Below, piece after piece: positions 51,642 through 61,538 of a DNA stretch of 64,000 bases (position 1 is its first letter; every line of letters starts with the position of its first letter). This DNA comes from Phaeosaccion multiseriatum (Eukaryota; Protista; Ochrophyta, other classes), in contig OZ218951.1 in NCBI GenBank assembly GCA_965112735.1, positions 1,116,001-1,180,000 on the forward strand. Direction: 5' to 3'. The position numbers and the translations under genes were made by a program. A model generated the notes under the pieces. It was not told where the DNA came from and searched no databases. It saw only the letters and a program-made list of their open reading frames with translations.

Positions 51642-52262
51642 CAGTAGCAGTAGAAGTGGTAGCAGCAGGAGGAGGAGGAGGAGGAAGAGGAGGAGGGATG
51701 TACAGAGGCAGGGCATATCGCATGGAGGGGAAGAGGACGAGCAGCTCATGTCTCCAAACGCGACAAAGAGGGGGAAACTCGCGCTCCTTCACCCTCTCTT
51801 ATACACTCAACGTACCTACTGTACTCGCTCCCCTTCCCTCCACTCCTCCCATGTAGCTGAATCTCGCCTTGGCAAAGCCCTTTTTGCGATCCTCCAGCTG
51901 TGGCTGTAGCGAGCTGCTGTCCAGCCACCAAGCTGTCTCTCTGTGCCCGAAGAGGGAGAGAAAGATTTGCTCTGACGTTGCCAGGGGCGGCGCAAGGGGA
52001 AGAGAAGGGCCGCTACCGGCGCCCTTGTTGCTGCTACTGCTTCGCTGCAGATCAATCTCCTTGAAAAGAGCTACGAAGCCGGGTTGCTGCTCCTTCTCGT
52101 ACTTACTTGCTAACCCCTCGGGTTCCTGCACCCGCACCTCCTCCTGTATCACCAACTGCTGCTGCTGCTGCTCATGCTTTTCTGGCCTGTTTAGCCCCGT
52201 CCAGATATTTACATTCGAAATACCCTCCACACCCCCCTCCGCGAGACTAACTTTACTTGTCC

Positions 52263-52293
<31 letters not shown>

Positions 52294-53355
52294 ACTGATA
52301 CTGATACTACTACTACGGCTCCCACCCCGTTCCCCGCTCCACCCGATATTATTTACACCCGGTCTTGTCGCTAGCGAGGAGCCTTCCCGGCGCACCTTGC
52401 GAGTAATGTCCCGAAAGTTCTTAATGACTTCATCGCCCCCCTCAGTGGCCACGCTCTCGGGGTGGAACTGAACGCCATAGTGCGGCCTCTCCGCATGCCT
52501 GAGCCCCATGAGCACCCCGTCGGCCGTCCAGGCGATGGGCAGCAAGGGCGAGGAAGGCGACAGGAACGAAGAGGGCTCCACCACGAGCGAGTGGTAGCGC
52601 ACCACCTCGAAGCCCTGCCGAATGCCCTTAAAGAGCGCGTCTCCGCTGTGGTAGACGCCACTCAGCCGCCCGTGCATAACCTCCGGGGCTCTCACCACGG
52701 CCGCCCCGTGCGCGTGGCCGAGGCCCTGGTGGCCCAGACACACCCCTAGGATGGGAATGTCGGCAAAGGCAGCGTCCGCCAGGGCTTGTGTGCACATGCC
52801 AAAGTCCGCCGACACCAGCGGAGAGCCAGGGCCCGGACTGAGGACGATGCTGTCGGGAGGCACGCCGTGCATCATGACGTCCACGAGGCGCTGGAGGTCG
52901 CCGCCGAAGTCGTCATTGTAGGCCACAAAGGGCGCTTCCCCGTTGATGAGCGCGAGCTGCTGGTAGAGGTTGTACGTGTAGCTGTCGTAATTGTCGATCA
53001 GCAGAGTCCGCACCGGCCTCTCTGTCGCTTCCTCTCCTCCCCCTCTTCCTTCCCCTCCAGCCAAAGAACGTGGCTGGGACGGGGTGGACCACGCGTGTTT
53101 GCGCCGATCTCTTCCATCGGCTGTTTGCCGAGCTCGCCAGAGACGGTGCACCATCGTCAGGGGCTGCTGATGCGAGTGGGGCTGGAAGGCGACGGCCGTA
53201 CCGCCAAGGCCGTGGCCGTGGCAGCACCTCAGCACGGCTGCCGCTACAAACCCGGCTGCTACTGCTGAGGCTGAGGCTGGTGCTCCTGTACCTGCCTGTC
53301 GGCATCGCTTCCGCCGCACACCACTGCCGCCGCAGATCCTGTGATGACACTCCAT
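48757..53355 (-). CDS. ADCS: Bifunctional aminodeoxychorismate synthase (PabA glutaminase plus PabB), folate/pABA synthesis, probably plastid-targeted
   Basis: LLIDNYDSYTYNL, LSPGPG, GVCLGHQ, RYHSL and GVQFHPES (PabA). FVGGYVGYFGYE, GETYEVCLT, SSPEKFL, KPIKGT, ENLMIVDLVRNDL, FPGGSMTGSPK and YSGSLG..LNIVIRTA (PabB). The N-terminal extension contains AVA-FQP. Confidence 0.95.
50237..50248 (-). other. Dispersed motif AGTTGGTGATAC, exact copy (ADCS exon, read as AVGDTA)
   Basis: Plus strand CTGCTGTATCACCAACTGCTGTATCC. Confidence 0.9.
52146..52157 (-). other. Dispersed motif AGTTGGTGATAC, exact copy (ADCS exon, read as QLVIQ)
   Basis: Plus strand CCTGTATCACCAACTGCTGCTG. Confidence 0.9.
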
Positions 53356-53754
53356 AGCCTCACTTCTCTATTCTCCAATTCCTCTTGCTCCACCCTTCTC
53401 TGCTGCTATCGCCGGTAACAGCTTCTACACCTTTTTTCCCATAACGTGTTCTCCATTTCTTCTCTCTTGTTCTCTCTTCAATCCCTTCTGCGGCCGTTAT
53501 GGTAAAGGCTGGAGACGCACATCGCGCTAAAAAAAAACTTGGTTTCCGCGCCGGGATGAGGCTTTCTTTTTGGCGCCGCGAATGAGCTGAGCTGGAGGTA
53601 GAAGCAAAAGACAAACATAAAGAGGCCGCAGAGGGAGTATTCGAATTCACAAAAAACCTTGACAGGCTCCCTTTCCCTTGGAGAAGGCTTCTGCTGCTCC
53701 GGGTGGGCTTGCAAGCGGGCTTTCGCTGTTAGAGAGCCCGAAAGGGGGGGGCTC

Positions 53755-55027
53755 ATGGAGCTCACACTTGGCGTGCTCGCTCTGCAGGTATGATGGGCTG
53801 GTGTGTCCCTGAGGCATGAGTCCTCGAGGTCACAGCAGCAGCAAGGCGTAGCCGCAGAAGCAAGCAGTAGCAGGAGCAGCCTCACTCTCTCTATAATGCG
53901 CTGGCGGAGGAGGGCCTCCGCCACACGGCTCTCATTCTTTGTCCTTTTTCTGTCCCTGTCTCATTGAGCCAGCTGCTCTTTAGGTCAGTCAGTGGCTCAC
54001 TGTCCATGTATATGCATCCTTACCTCTTACCCACCTCTCTACGCTCATGTGATTCGCTCGTGCCCTTGACATGTACTTGCGGGCCCATCGCTGGCCCCCA
54101 CCCCTCCAGGGCGCTTTCCAAGAGCACAGCGCCATCCTGCTGAGACTGGAAGGTGTGAAGGAGGTACTGGAGGTTCGATTACCGAGGGACTTTGCTGGGC
54201 TGGATGCCTTGGTGCTACCTGGCGGGGAAAGCACTGCGATGGGGCTCATCGGAGAGGGAAGCGGGGTCTTTGCAGAGCTCAAGAAGTGGGTCCAAGACGG
54301 CCGGCCGGTGTGGGGCACTTGCGCGGGAATGATTCTCTTGTCAGACACCGCCATCATGCAGAAGCGAGGCGGGCAGAGCCTGGTGGGCGGTCTGCAGGTG
54401 GAGATTTGCCGCAACTACTTTGGCTCTCAAGTGTCAAGCTTCGAGCAGCCCGTCTGCATGGAGAAAGTGGGTTCGCTGCTAGGCGGGGGAGGAGGACGGG
54501 AAGGGGCTGATACCAAAGGAAGTAGCAGCAGTAGCGTACCCTATCCGGCAGTCTTTATTCGAGCTCCCGCGATTCTCGAGGTGGGGGATGGCGTGGAGGT
54601 GCTCGCGTCTGTCCAGGCGTGGCCGTGCTCCAAAGCGTCGAGGGGGCTGCAGAGAGAGAGAGATGCTCTGGGGGAGGAAGGAGGGGAAGGCGTCGAGGGA
54701 GGGACTGTAGCCGCCAAGAGGGACAAGCTCTCCATGTACCTAAAGGAGGGAGGAGGAGCGGATGGGCATCAGGAGCAGCAGGAGGCGCCCCGAGTGACAG
54801 TGGCCGCCAGGAAGGGAAGTATACTTGTGACGGCTTTCCACCCGGAGCTGACCAATGACGTCCGCTGGCATCAGGTTTTCTTGAGCATTGCACGGGCGTG
54901 GAAGGCGGAGGAGGGCAGAGAGAGCCTTGCTTCTGCTGCTGCTGCTGCTGCTGCTGTAAAGGAGACCGCGGGGGAGGAGGAGCGCCATCGCGCACCAACC
55001 ACAATGCAGAGAGTCGCTTCTCCTTGA
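53755..55027 (+). CDS. PDX2: Pyridoxal 5'-phosphate synthase glutaminase subunit (SNO/PdxT); exons 53755-53787 and 54110-55027
   Basis: Spliced LGVLALQ/GAFQEH, then LPGGEST, WGTCAG, RNYFGSQ..SF, VFIRAP and AFHPEL. Confidence 0.95.
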
Positions 55028-56015
55028 TGGATTACTCCGTGTGGCGTGCTGGAAGATTGCGCTCCGGAGGATTACGCTCACAGCCTTTGAGGCAAGAGGG
55101 CTACTCTCGTGCTGCGTTCCAATGGAGGAAGAGGAGAGAACCGCACAGATTGATTGCGCGTCTTTCGCGCACTGTGCTCGGGGTGTGTGGGGGGAGGGAT
55201 GAGTGCCATAGCCACGCGAATCCATGAGGCTACATGAGCACACACACGCACACAGACACACAGGGTTGGTTGGTGAGTATGGCTGTGGGGGGGGGGGTAG
55301 CAGATGAGGAAGCGCAACAGAGTGAAGCCAATCATGCGGAGTCACATCTCTTACACAAGCCGCCTGGATTGGATGTAAATAGGACTGAACAGCGATGGGA
55401 GGTGCAGATGAATGACGAGGAGGGATGAGGTTCGAAGCAGCTGTGTCTATCGCGCTTGTGTCAGGCATGGGCTGACTGACACTCTGAGCCTTTTCAGCGT
55501 GGACAAGACTTGAGGCGTACGAGGAAGTGGGCCATACATAACATGCGATATGAGGCTGTGAGGCCGTCTGTTTATTTAATTCCTTTTAATAACAGAGTGT
55601 GTTCATTGGGCACAGCATTAGAATCCCACCTTCCTTCTGTTGCGTCTTCCCTTGTCGTCGCCCCGTAAGAAGTCTTCCACAACTCACAACTATTCCGTGG
55701 TGAGTGAGTGAGTGGATCATCATCCCTTCTCGGGTCGCCTCAATGGGCGCCTGACAAGGCCGCACATCGTTTTACTGCTTGGATCATGGGAGAGAGAGAA
55801 GTAACTTCCAGAGTATGACCCGCCTCGACATCGGTCAGAGTAAGTCTCGTCGCCCTCTTCCAATGAAGAAGATCAAACGGCAGGGCTTCGATTCCTCCAG
55901 CCCCATTGTCATTCACAGAGCAATGGTCCATTTGTCCATTTCAGGATGTCCTTGTCTGGTTCTTGCTCTCTCGATTTCTGACCCTCGTCCTCCCTTCTCA
56001 CACTGGCAGGCCTCG

Positions 56016-56834
56016 TCATGTAAGGTCTATGTGCTGCTTGATGGAGTTTAGCAGGGACGTTTTGGGCACCGCCCCCACGACGGTCATGACGCTCTTTCCC
56101 TTGGTGAAGAGCATGATCGTAGGAATGGCACGAACCCCAAACTCCGACACCACTTCCCGATTGTCATCTGTGGAGAGCTCCACCACTGCAAGCTTCTCTG
56201 GGTAGTCCGCTTGAATCTCATCCAAAACGGGCCCCACCATCCGGCACGGTCCACACCAGGCGGCAGAGAAGAGCACCAACACGGGCTTCTCGTTCTCCAG
56301 AACAGCAGCTGGGAAGCCGTCATCATCTACCAGTAGCCCCTTGCTGCTAGCACCGAACAGCCCGCTGCTGCTGCCCCTGCTACGGTCACCGTAGGGTCTC
56401 CTCCTGCCACACGTGACAGCACCAGAGCCACTGATGGCCGCTGCGGCTGCTACTGCCGCTACACCTTCTCTCGATTTACCTCGCCTTCTTCCCAAATTTG
56501 AAAATACCCCGTCCTCCCCCCTCGAAGCTGCCAAACGCGTGCTTCCGTGTGATGAGCTCCGCCCTCCCCTCCTGTTGCCTCTGCTGCTGCTGCTCCTCCT
56601 TCCTGCGCCATTTACCAAGCCTTCCTTGCCTCTTACTCCTACTGCTCCTCCCCCTCGTGCTAGAGCTGCTCTTCCGTGGGAGTCTGGGCTTCCCTGCCGC
56701 GCCTGGCCTGCCGGGACGAGCAACCCTCGGCTGCCTTGCTGCACAAAGGCGTGGCACGAGCGGCAGTCGACAAACACCAGGCACCCCGCAACGACTACAT
56801 GCAAGAAGCTGTGCATCGGAAGCCGCATGAACAT
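56016..56834 (-). CDS. Plastid-targeted thioredoxin (Trx-m-like), intronless
   Basis: Signal peptide ending CHA-FV, a Ser/Arg-rich transit region, then PVLVLFSAAWCGPCRMV...GVRAIPT...VVGAVPK. Confidence 0.9.
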   Translation of the reverse strand: MFMRLPMHSFLHVVVAGCLVFVDCRSCHAFVQQGSRGLLVPAGQARQGSPDSHGRAALARGGGAVGVRGKEGLVNGAGRRSSSSRGNRRGGRSSSHGSTRLAASRGEDGVFSNLGRRRGKSREGVAAVAAAAAISGSGAVTCGRRRPYGDRSRGSSSGLFGASSKGLLVDDDGFPAAVLENEKPVLVLFSAAWCGPCRMVGPVLDEIQADYPEKLAVVELSTDDNREVVSEFGVRAIPTIMLFTKGKSVMTVVGAVPKTSLLNSIKQHIDLT

Positions 56835-56940
56835 GGAGCGAAAGCTGGGGTGAACGGGAGGGCCGTCCACCCCGGGGAGAATTTGACTTTCAGATGGGAG
56901 ACGATCGGTCGCGGGCCCTTGATCGACCTGGATACGGTGT

Positions 56941-57043
56941 GCGCCGGCCGTAATCAGTAATCAGCCCCCGGCTGGCGCATAATCAGTAATCAGGCCGGCT
57001 GGTCACCGGCTGTAATCAGCAACCAGGCCGGCTGGCGCCGGCC
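56941..57043. promoter_or_regulatory. Triplicated TAATCAG(TAATCAG)..CCGGCTGG module bounded by GCGCCGGCC direct repeats, upstream of the thioredoxin
   Basis: The repeat structure is visible in the sequence; a regulatory role is inferred only from its position. Confidence 0.45.
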
Positions 57044-57550
57044 ATTTTCTCTAACTCCCCTCTCTACGTTGTATACTGTTAAATAATGTTGCGCTCTTTA
57101 GGGCGATTCTCTATCAAAGTTCCGTTCCTCTTGGTTGCTCTCGGCTCCCCGCGCGGGTGCACTCACTCGCTCCTCAACCCCGAAGCAAGCCCCGCACACC
57201 GTCGCGACGAAGGGGGGGGGGGGACAGACGGGTGTGCGCTTCCCATGCACCCTCCCTCCATCTTTCACCACTCAAGAGGGTCCCCGGCTCCGAACTCATT
57301 CCCCACCACACTTCAAAGCTCTACTGAAAAGATACTGAAGCAGCGCACGCGCTCTCCAGCTCCTGCGCCCTTTACTCCACCACCACCTCCACCAGCAGCA
57401 GCAGCAGTGGTAGTAGAAGCAGCAGCAGCAGCAGCAGCAGCGACGGCGGCGGTATCTCCCTGTGCGCAGCTCCCAGCCACTGAGCGCCCCACACGTCTAT
57501 TTGCGTCCCACCTCCTCCCTCGCGTAAAGCTCTCTGTAATGTAATTGAAC

Positions 57551-59697
57551 TCATTCGTCAAATACAAGGTCCGAGTCCTTGCCGGGGATGGATTCGAGGA
57601 TGACATCGTAGGTGAGCTCCGCGTTGGGGGGGATACTGTAGATTCATGGGTCCATGTAACAAGTAGGGAGAGAGGGTGGATGAGGGGGGAAGGGAGGGAG
57701 GGAAGAAGCAAGCACGCACGCACAAGCGGGTCAGAGGTGAGACAGAGAGAGAAAAGCAAGGGCAGGGTATGGTGGGATTGAGCAGGGAAGCAGCAACGAA
57801 TGCGCTCAAGAGCATCCTTCCCTCCCTCCCTCCCTCCCTCCCTCCCTCCCGAGAGAGAGAGAGAGAGAAGCGCATGTGTGGAGGTCGGAGGAGGTAAAAG
57901 AGAAAAAGAACCCCAACAAAGACACGCACTCCCCCAACAACGCCGGTAATCAGCACCCAGCCCCAAGCTACAGCCCCTCCCTCCACCCCCCCCTTGCGAC
58001 TGGCGCCCTGGCGACATGCTTGTGGCTCTCTCGCTCTCTCTCTCAGTATCCCCCCTCGCTCACCGTGGCTTGCCCGGACTAGGGGGTCGTCCCGCCTTTC
58101 CAAAGGCCAAATCTCCAGGCACGGTAAGCTCCCACCTGCTGCCCGCGGGCATCATCTGCAGAGCCTCGTCCATGCCCTGCACACACCGGCGTCGGTACGT
58201 GTGTGTGTGAGTGTGTGTGGTGTGTGTGGGTGGGTGTTGTGGGGGGGGGGGGGAGGAGCCGCGGTGGGACAGAGAACGGAAGCCGTCAGACTACGCGTGT
58301 GCTAGCTAGTTGGTGAGCAAGCCAAACGAGACAGAAGGGCTCAGGTCCGCAAGCAATCGTTTCCAAGTGCTGTGAGGATACACCCCCCTGGCCCCTGCCT
58401 CTGACCGAGCCTTCCGTTTCCATTAGTGCTGAGCCTTCGCCGCATCGGGTGTGGAAAGGAGCATCCCGGAGTCCGGTTCGCCTTCGCAGTCCTAACATCA
58501 GCAGTCTCTTGCACCTTTCCCTCCCTTCGTCCCTCCCTCTCCCTTCGGCCCTCCCTCTCCCTTCCTCCCTCCCTCCCTCCCTCCCTCCCTCCATCCTCTA
58601 CCCAAACGCTCCTCTTGCATTGCTTTCTCGTGAGGTGAGATCATCTGCCATGAAAGAGCGCAAACGCACACACACACCCACGTACCTTTGGAACGTTCCC
58701 GCTTCCCAGCCGAATGTAAAAGGCCTCGGGACCCTCCAGGATGTCTTGACAGGCAGGTAGGTAGGTGGAAGAAAACACGCGGGGTGGAGGCAGGAACGAG
58801 GATGAGAGGGTGGAGGAACATGGGCACATCCTTTCACGCATAGGAAGCTCAGCTGCATGGCACACATGCGTCCACACGCGTCCACACATGCCCACACAAA
58901 CACACACATTCCCCTTTCTCTTTTCCTCTGTCTTTCTACATGTGTCGCATTCTCTGTCCCTCCTCTCCCTTACCATCAAACACAAAGTCCTTGTACTGCC
59001 CCTTGAAGCGGATTGCCACCAACTCGCCAATCTCGGCCTTATCACCGGTGCCTGTCAAAAGACGGGGAGAGGTCGGGGGCAGATGCACGAGTGAGTGAGT
59101 ATGGCGCACGTGCAACTGTCATTTTGGGAGAGAAGAAGGGGCGGTGACAAGCTCTCCTATTGTCACGTACCTGTCTTCACCTTCCTGATCTTCAATCCAC
59201 TAGGCGTGGTGATCTAAGAGGTTCGAGGGACGAAAGGGTGGCGTGGGCAGGCATGCAGTCATAAGGTGAGTGGGCGAAAACGGGGAGCAGCACAGACCGC
59301 CAGGGGGAGAGAGACAGAGAGAAAGACAGAGAGGGCAGAAATGGACTACGTTGTTGAGGAGCAAGCACGTAAGGAGAGATGGAGAAAGAGGGGAGTAGGT
59401 TCAGTTAATTGGGCTAAAAAAAACCGTGTCTCGCACCTCCTCTACTGCGAGCGACGGAAGAGCCGTCGCCACCTGCACTGCAGCTGTCGTTGCGACGACG
59501 GACCCTACGCTTCGCAAAAACTCTCCTCTGCTGCTGCCGCTGGCTGTTGCCGACGCCTTCATCTCCATGTTACTGCGAGCGACGGCCCTTCCTTGTTGAA
59601 CATGTGCACTCCTCGCCGCAAGCGGAGACGCCACAAATGCCGAGCTTGATGCCGCCGCACATGCCACAAGCAAGGACACCAGGACGTTCTGATGCAT
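57551..59697 (-). CDS. Thylakoid-lumen FKBP-type peptidyl-prolyl isomerase (FKBP16-3-like), 6 exons
   Basis: Spliced in phase: signal peptide SSA-FVASP, lumen transfer peptide ending PSLA, ITTPSGLKIRKVKTGTG, FYIRLGSGNVPKGMDEALQMM, LAFGKAGRPPSPGKPRIPPNAELTYDV. Confidence 0.9.
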
Positions 59698-59864
59698 GTT
59701 GTAGTCTTTTCTATTTATCTAATGCGGGTTTGTTTATTGCCAACAATGTCGCCCCTGACGGTGTGAGGAACAAAAGAGCTGACATTTTTATTCATTACGT
59801 AACCTTATAGGCACGTGGAGAGCGAGGAGCAGACGGGTTATGGCAGCCAAGCCCCAAGACCTCC

Positions 59865-61278
59865 ATGAGTCCGCCATGGCTCCTCGCCTGCCGACTCTTG
59901 ATCTTGGCGCTGCTGGGGTCGGAGGCGGTGCGCGGCGTGCGGGCGCAGATTCTTCGCTGTGAGACGGAGGCAGATCTGGACGGAGTGGCGTGCAGGCTAG
60001 ACATGCTAGAGGACAACGCCCTTGCTCAGATGATTTACGACAGGTGAGTCATGCGTGCTCTTTGTCTGCCTGTCTATGTTTGTGTGCCTGTTTGTGTGAG
60101 TGTGTGTGTTTGTCTCTTCATCTCTATCTTCATCTCTCTCTCTCTCTCTCTGTCTTGTCGATAACTCTCCCTCCCTCTTCCCCCCCCCTCTTTCTCCCTC
60201 TCTCTCTGTACTCTCTCCCTCCCAATCTGATGCTCTTTTCTCCCCCCCCCCCCTACCCCTTTCCTGTGCAACTCCTGCTGCTCTTGCCCCCCCCCCCTTG
60301 CTTCGTAGGGGATTCGACCCTGAGGGCGCTGATAGAGACACTTTATTAGCGGCCGCAAATGAGCTGCTTATTTACGAGTTAGAGACAGGGAGACCTTACG
60401 ATATCGAAGAGTATCTGCAAGCCAAGGAGGCAGAGTTAGACGCTGCCGAAGAGCAGTACAGACAAGAGAATCAAATAGCACAGGAAGAGCTGCAAGATGC
60501 AGGCGAGGGAGGGCAGGACGTAGGCTCTGCTGCCAGCGGTGGTGCCCCCGGGGGCTCCTCAAATACCGAGGCAGACGAGACGCCACAACAAATAGAAGAC
60601 GAGAGGGAGCTTTCGGAGGAAGTAATAGCAGAGGTGTGGGAGAAGGAGATTGTAGCGGGTGGGGACAACACAGTAGCGGCGGTAGGAGGAGGCTTGACGG
60701 GAGATTCAGTACAGGGATACCTTGTTGAGCTATTGACGGAGTGGGTGGAACAAATGCGGAAGGACTTTGACATGGTCATGCGGGTGTTGCCGAACGCCGT
60801 GGAGCGGCCCATTCGAGAGGGTTTGGCGCATGTGAGCAAGATGGTGAGGCTCATCGGGGCGCCCATGGCGGAACAGGGCTACCGAGTGGGTAAGATATTG
60901 GCCAGTAAAGGCTTTTACTCGGCAAAGAGGCTGGGGAAGGAGCTCAACACACGAGTCATGCCTCATGTGCGCGAGGCGGGCAAGACCGTGCATGGCAAGG
61001 CGAAGGAGTTTCTTCTACAGAAGAGAGGAGGAGGAGGAGGAGGAGGAGGAGGAGGAGGAGGGGCGGCAGTAGCAGCAGACTCGGGAGCGGGCAAGCAGGA
61101 AGGGGCTCGTGTAGATAGACCAGGGGAGATGGAAGAAGAGGAGGGGGAGGAGGAGCAAGAGGAGCAGGAAGGGGACGAAGCAAGGCAGGAGCCGACGACA
61201 ATGACGGCCGCACAAGAGGAAGAAGCCGAGCAGGGAGGTGCATGGGTAGAGGGAACTGAGCCGTCCAGCATTACGTAA
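59865..61278 (+). CDS. Hypothetical protein with signal peptide; exons 59865-60043 and 60309-61278
   Basis: Hydrophobic N-terminus (LLILALLGSEAVRG), in-phase GT-AG intron, and a long open second exon. No family recognised. Confidence 0.65.
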
Positions 61279-61312
61279 CACATACGACATCCCTCACATA
61301 CCCCCCTCATTC

Positions 61313-61386
61313 ATTGCCTGCCGCTTTGATTGGCTTGTCAGCCATCCAAATTGCCTGCCACTTTGGTTGGATTGTCAGCCATCCAA
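61313..61386. repeat. 37-bp tandem duplication between convergent 3' ends
   Basis: ATTGCCTGCC(G/A)CTTTG(A/G)TTGG(C/A)TTGTCAGCCATCCAA at 61313 and 61350. Confidence 0.85.
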
Positions 61387-61538
61387 TTGAAAATAAATCG
61401 TCCGTCCGACAGTCCTCTCTTGTTGCCAACAACAAAATGGGTATTGGCAGCAAGCGCGCTGGCTCAAGGATACGGTACCAGCAAGACTAGTGTGATGTGA
61501 GATTCAACTTGAGATTGAAGTCAAAACTCACAGGACAG

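Noticed and set aside
53788-54109. Possible riboswitch in the PDX2 intron or ADCS/PDX2 promoter
   Set aside because: No TPP aptamer consensus recognised by eye; an Infernal/Rfam scan would settle it.
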